From the human T2T-CHM13v2.0 reference genome, Homo sapiens, in NCBI RefSeq assembly GCF_009914755.1, contig NC_060942.1: a stretch of DNA of 64,000 nucleotides, one strand, 5' to 3'. This document shows positions 59,041-64,000 of this stretch, piece after piece. The notes below the pieces were generated by a model. That model searched no databases and had not been told where the DNA came from. It saw only the letters and a list, made by a program, of their open reading frames with translations. The position numbers were made by a program, and so were the translations under genes. Each line of letters opens with the position of its first letter. The stretch's first letter is position 1.

Positions 59041-60820
59041 AATCGTGCTGCTCTCTGATTCTCTTTGAGATTCTAAAGTGTTTCAAAAATACCCAAGAGG
59101 ATATTTCTTACATGAGGTTGATGACTAAAAGAGAAATGAAATCCCCACACAGAGAAAGACTTGGTCTTACCATACGAATTCCACCATTTCACTGGACAAA
59201 ATGAAGAACTTTCATTTCAGGTGGCTCAGCCATTTGTTTCCAGGAACACTTTCACATTCCTTCTTGCAAGTGGCTGTTTATACATAAGAACAAAACCTTG
59301 CCTTGCAGTTATTTAAAATGTGAAGAAAGACTTTAAGGTTTCACATAGATAGCTCTGTGACAGCCTCAGAGAATCTGGTTCTGGTGTTTTTTTCATCCCA
59401 TCCTAAAATCTGCTAGGGAACGCTGAGCTAATTAGAAGTGGCCAGCCAGCAGTTAGTCAATAAATAGCTTGGCTCAGCAGATAGGTAATGCAATGCCAGA
59501 TCAATAGGAACTCTGAAAATTATTTCTTCATTTCCTTCTATGGCAAGTAAGTTATCCATGAAGGACAGAATGTCAGCCTTCAGTCAAAGAGGCATGGAGC
59601 TTTTCATTATTCTGACATGAGAAGTTGAGAGGGGGCAGAGGTAAATAGTTCCACATTCCTTATTGATGTGATGTCAGGTTTTCATTTTGAAATGCACTAG
59701 GCTCTAAGAAGCTTTTGCAAGAAAGACCCACTCTTCTCAACCAAAAGTGCTCTCTCATTTCCTGGAGATATCCATTAGAAATGGCAACCCCTCTGACACT
59801 TAGAATGACTTGCTGTGATCTCAGTGTTTAGATGATAGGTAGTTATCTGTCACAATCTTACAAAATGAAGGAAAAATTAAAAGAATATTGAAAGATCAGA
59901 GGAAATGTTTTGGAGGAAGAATGTTAAAAATTTTTCTTCAGGTGACCTTCTAATAATTCATATGGAATGCCACTTGGCTTCCAATTTTGTGGCTATATCA
60001 GAGTGAAAATGAAGGTCATTTTCAATACTGTGTGATCTAAAAGAAGCCTTAAAGTGCCAGCGTTCACCATGACCTGGTTGTAAGGTTATGGCTTTGAGCC
60101 TTAGGAAAGCAATGACTTAGATACTAAATGGGGACTAATATACTCCCTAAAACTGATAACCCCTCTAGCCAGTTAAGCAGTTCAGATGGTAATAGGATGG
60201 CTGCCTTGATTTTTGGGAAGTGAGGAAAATGTAGAGTAAAATTACAAGGTATCAGAGAGAGTTCTTTCATTTCTATGTACCTCAAACTGATAACTGAAGC
60301 CTATTTTTATTCCCACACACAATTTGAGAGCTCCTTTTCTGAATCTCAGATGTAGAAAGACATCCATACTTCAGGGGCAGTTTACGCTCTACTTATTTCC
60401 TTGGAAGCTCCTTCCTCCTGGCAGTTCAGTAACATTTCCCTAAGGGTGAGCAATCTGGAACCTGAGAGTGGGTTTCTCTTTCTTTTTAAGAAAAAGAAAA
60501 AGATTACAGAATTCCTTCATCTCTGAACACAAAATTAAATTCAGTTGCAATGTCATCAATTCACGGGAAATAATAGGACAGATCTGTCATTTCATCCAAA
60601 TTTCCTGTGCATGCTTGTTTATTTTTTTCCGGCAGAATTTTTTGATCTCCTGTTCGCTCTATACAATCATAATGGAATATTGATTGGCCCACTAAGAATT
60701 AACTCTCAGCATTTCCCATTTGTTTGTTTTTCCAAATTACTTAAGACAGTGTTAAGGAATATTTTACCACGGGGAATGGTCTTTTGTGTTAACTGATGAG
60801 TTTTGAGATGCGTACAGTCA

Positions 60821-60865
60821 TGTAAACAACAGACTCCACACTGTAAACAACAGACTCCACACTGT
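60821..60865. repeat. Perfect 21-bp tandem duplication
   Basis: TGTAAACAACAGACTCCACAC twice, plus TGT. Confidence 0.92.
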
Positions 60866-61646
60866 TATCAGAGAATTGAAGATCCCCTTCACAGCAAGCC
60901 TGCTGGGGTGAAGGCCAACTCTTCACACTTACCAGTTGGCTTTCATCTTCCACGGTTTTGATGGCTTTCTTCCTCCGACCTCCTTCTGTACCTCCTGCTT
61001 CTCCCAAGCTCAGCCACCATGGCGTTGCTTTACACAAGCTTTTTCTCTGCTCAGACCACTTTTTCTCCCACTACCCCAAGCTGGTTCTTTTTTCAGTCCA
61101 GTTCTTAGCTTAAGTACCACTTCCTTTTGAAGCCTTTCTTGACCTCCTTATGTGAAATTGGTGTCCATGCATCCTGCTACCTTGTTAAACTGTCTCTTAG
61201 CTTTTCGTTCTCAGTGCTGGTGATTCTATTCACCTTTTTATTTAATTGAGTTATTCAATTTCCCTAACTGGAGTTTGAGAGCCAGGAGGTTTCAGGCCAT
61301 CCCTCTCTTGCTCAGCACCCCATCTTCTGGACCTGCCATGGTGCCTGCTGCGTGGTACACACTTGGTGAAAATTCACGGACTCATACTTTTCCTCTGCCA
61401 TGTTAAGGCTGTACTTCCCATACAAACCAAAAACCTTCAGAAGCCAACACCAGAAACAGTTACAGGCTGGCTGACGATTGCTTGACAGACTTTAACTGCC
61501 CTTCAACTAACTGTATGAGTAAATTCAACTTTAATAATTTCTTCAGGGGACTATACTAAACCAAAAGTACAAAAACTTCCTTCAAATTTTATCTTTCATG
61601 TAGGACTAATTCCGCTATAAATATTTTTTTAAATATACGTTATGAT

Positions 61647-61833
61647 TTGTTTATTTCAACTTTTATTTTAGATTCAGGGGGTACATGTGCAGCTTTGTTA
61701 CCCAAGTGTATTGCATGATGTGCGGTGGTTTGGGGTATGACTGATCTTATCACCCAGGTACTGAGCACAGTACCCAATACCCTTCCCCCTCCACCTCCTC
61801 TTTCTAGTAGTGTCCAGTGTCTATTACTGCCAT
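61647..61833 (-). mobile_element. Short old L1PA/L1PB 3' end
   Basis: TTTTAGATTCAGGGGGTACATGTGCAG...CACCCAGGTACTGAGCA.AGTACCCAATA. Confidence 0.75.
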
Positions 61834-62747
61834 TGTTATAATACTGTATTTTTGATTAAAACTGGGTTTTAAATTCATAAAATAATAATTTCTGCTAAAG
61901 TAAAACTAATGAGTTTATATAATTTATGTCCCTCCTGTTACCACGGCTGGCCAGATGGGAGTAAGAAAATCATGTGTTTCTCCTACACAATTTCCACCTT
62001 TTTTCCATTATCTCCTCCCTTTTCCACTTCTCTTAGGTGCTCACACCTGTTTTGTTATTCTTCCTCTCTGGATATCAAAACTAGTCCTTTTTATAAAAAC
62101 TAGATCTCTTATTCACTCCAAAGAATACATAACTTGTTTCAAAATCATTACCCCTCTAAGGATGTTTATCACATTAGAACAGAAGTGACATAATAGATTA
62201 CATAGTCCAATCTCCTCAATTTCGTCCTCATTTGCATTTTAACATACGAATGCAGTGATATCACTCCCTTGTGCAACATCTTCCCCTTCCAGAATCCTCC
62301 GCCCAGCAGAGCAGAGTCTTGGGACCTGGCTCCCCGCCTGGCTTCATCCTCTGAGCCCATTTCAGGCTGAGCTCATACACGTCTCTGCTGACAACTCCCT
62401 TCCTCCTGCACATTTCCACCCTTGCTGCCTTCCTGGCTCACTCTTATGCTTCCATTGCTGTCTCCCTCCTGGGACAGTAGGCAGACTCTCACCTCCCTAC
62501 CTGTATCCCCAGCCCAGCCTTGGGCCTGCCATGGGGTACCATCCAAATCAGCAATGTGAATGAAGGAGGCTAAAGTCAGGGAGCTCAGAGAGTGGAAGTT
62601 CAAGGATGAGCCAGCAGAAGAATGTTTATTTGGGGACTGAGGTGTTGTAACTCCCAAAACAGTGCCTCCCAAGCAGGCTTGAACTCTGCCTATGCTTCTG
62701 ATCCATCCACCACTTGGAAATAGCTCTTTAAAAAAAAAACACACACA

Positions 62748-62886
62748 TTTTTATTGTGTTTATTTATTTTGAAACAGGGTCTGTCTATGTTGCCCAGGCT
62801 GGCCTCGAACTCCTGGCCTCAAGCAATCCTCCCACCTCAGCCTCCTGAGCAGCAGGGACTACAGACATGAACCACTGTGCCTGGCT
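62748..62886 (-). mobile_element. FLAM_C/AluJ monomer
   Basis: CAGGGTCT.TCTATGTTGCCCAGGCTGG..TCGAACTCCTGGCCTCAAGCAATCCTCCC. Confidence 0.8.
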
Positions 62887-63632
62887 TGGACAGCTCTTTT
62901 TGGGGATAAGTGTTATACACACTTGCAGGGACTGGCTGAGGGTAGTCCATCAGTCAATCAATAAGTGTGTTTGTTGATGTTATCATTTGCCCTAAGCAAT
63001 AATGTAGAGTCAGGCTAACTGCCCTTTTCCTCCAACCCCTCCTGACCCTCTAAGACTGACCCTGGAATGATCACCTCAGCCATGTGCACTTTCACACTGG
63101 GTGAATCAGCCCAGTGTAGCCTGGGAGGGCACTCTGTTTCCCTTCTGCGAGCAGAGCTGATAATAATGTATATTGCCTGTGTTGAATGTCTTCCCTGACT
63201 CAACTGCAGTACCTCCTTATAGTTTTCCTGTTGGATTTGAGCAAGTAGATGAACTGGAAGAACAAGAAAAAGACGAATATTTGCAATTGTACTATATAGT
63301 CCAAGGACGAGGCAGTAGCATGGTGTACTGGGAGGGCTTTGGAGCAGGGGGCTCCGGTTAAAGCTTTGCCTCCTGCTATGATCTTGGGCATGCAGGGCAC
63401 CGCTCCATGGCCCGAAGAATGGAGCCTGCCTAACTCACAGAGTTTTTCTAAGAAACAGAGGAGACCATGCAGGATGTGTGGACCTGCCTGGCCCATAGCC
63501 ATGCTCTGTCTTTAGCCATTCTCATTCCTGAAAGGAGACACCTAGAAGCCATGAATTTCTAGACTGGATGAAAGTTCCCAGATGCCAGAGAACATTTAGC
63601 ACTGGGCCACATTTATTTTCTCTAAGTCTTCC

Positions 63633-63935
63633 TTTTTTTTTTTTTTTTTTTTTTTTTGAGACAGTCTCACTCTGTCACCCAGGCTGGAGTGCAGTGGCCC
63701 ATCTCAGCTCACTGCAAGCTCCGCCTCCTGGGTTCACGCCATTCTTCTGCCTCAGCCTCCCAAGTAGCTGGGACTACAAGCGCCCGCCAGTACGCCTGGC
63801 TAATTTTTTGTATTTTTAGTAAAGACAGGGTTTCACTGTGTTAGCCAGGATGGTCTCCATCTCCTCACCTCGTAATCTGCCCGCCTCGGCCTCCCAAAAT
63901 GCTGGGATTACAGGCGTGAGCCACTGCGCCTGGCC
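63633..63935 (-). mobile_element. AluY inserted in a T-tract
   Basis: CACTGCAAGCTCCGCCTCC.GGGTTCACGCCATTCT is Y-diagnostic; T runs on both sides. Confidence 0.9.
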
Positions 63936-64000
63936 TTTTTTTTTTTTTTTTTTTAACTGAGATAGCAATAGATTCACACAACTTTAGCCGCTACTTATAA

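Noticed and set aside
63173-63361. Acidic protein-like ORF (GFEQVDELEEQEKDEY)
   Set aside because: It is short, has no ATG start or family I recognise, and runs into MIR-like sequence. A tBLASTn or PhyloCSF hit would be needed.

Overview
Human-type, repeat-dense intronic or intergenic DNA. I see no host protein-coding exon, tRNA, rRNA or CRISPR array. Most ORFs in the track come from simple repeats, Alu or antisense L1, and the only real coding sequence is LINE-1. Repeat family names come from recalled consensus sequences and need RepeatMasker/Dfam confirmation. The main structure is a nested cluster at about 12.5-24.3 kb, where an old L2 is split by an MLT2A1 LTR, a 5'-truncated L1PA2-4 (minus strand, 11-bp TSD) and an older L1PA (minus strand) carrying an Alu. 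Inside the L1PA2-4 ORF2 sits an L1HS-like element in the opposite orientation (16826-20048). It has a complete 5' UTR, intact ORF0 and ORF1 and an intact endonuclease. It stops at ORF2 codon 412 with no RT, 3' UTR or poly(A), yet is flanked by a 15-bp TSD. This places a 1185-bp inverted repeat downstream of an intact L1 promoter and creates chimeric ORFs at both junctions. Elsewhere are a MER41 LTR with two GAS motifs, a fold-back micro-inversion, a twin-primed L1 and several short local duplications.
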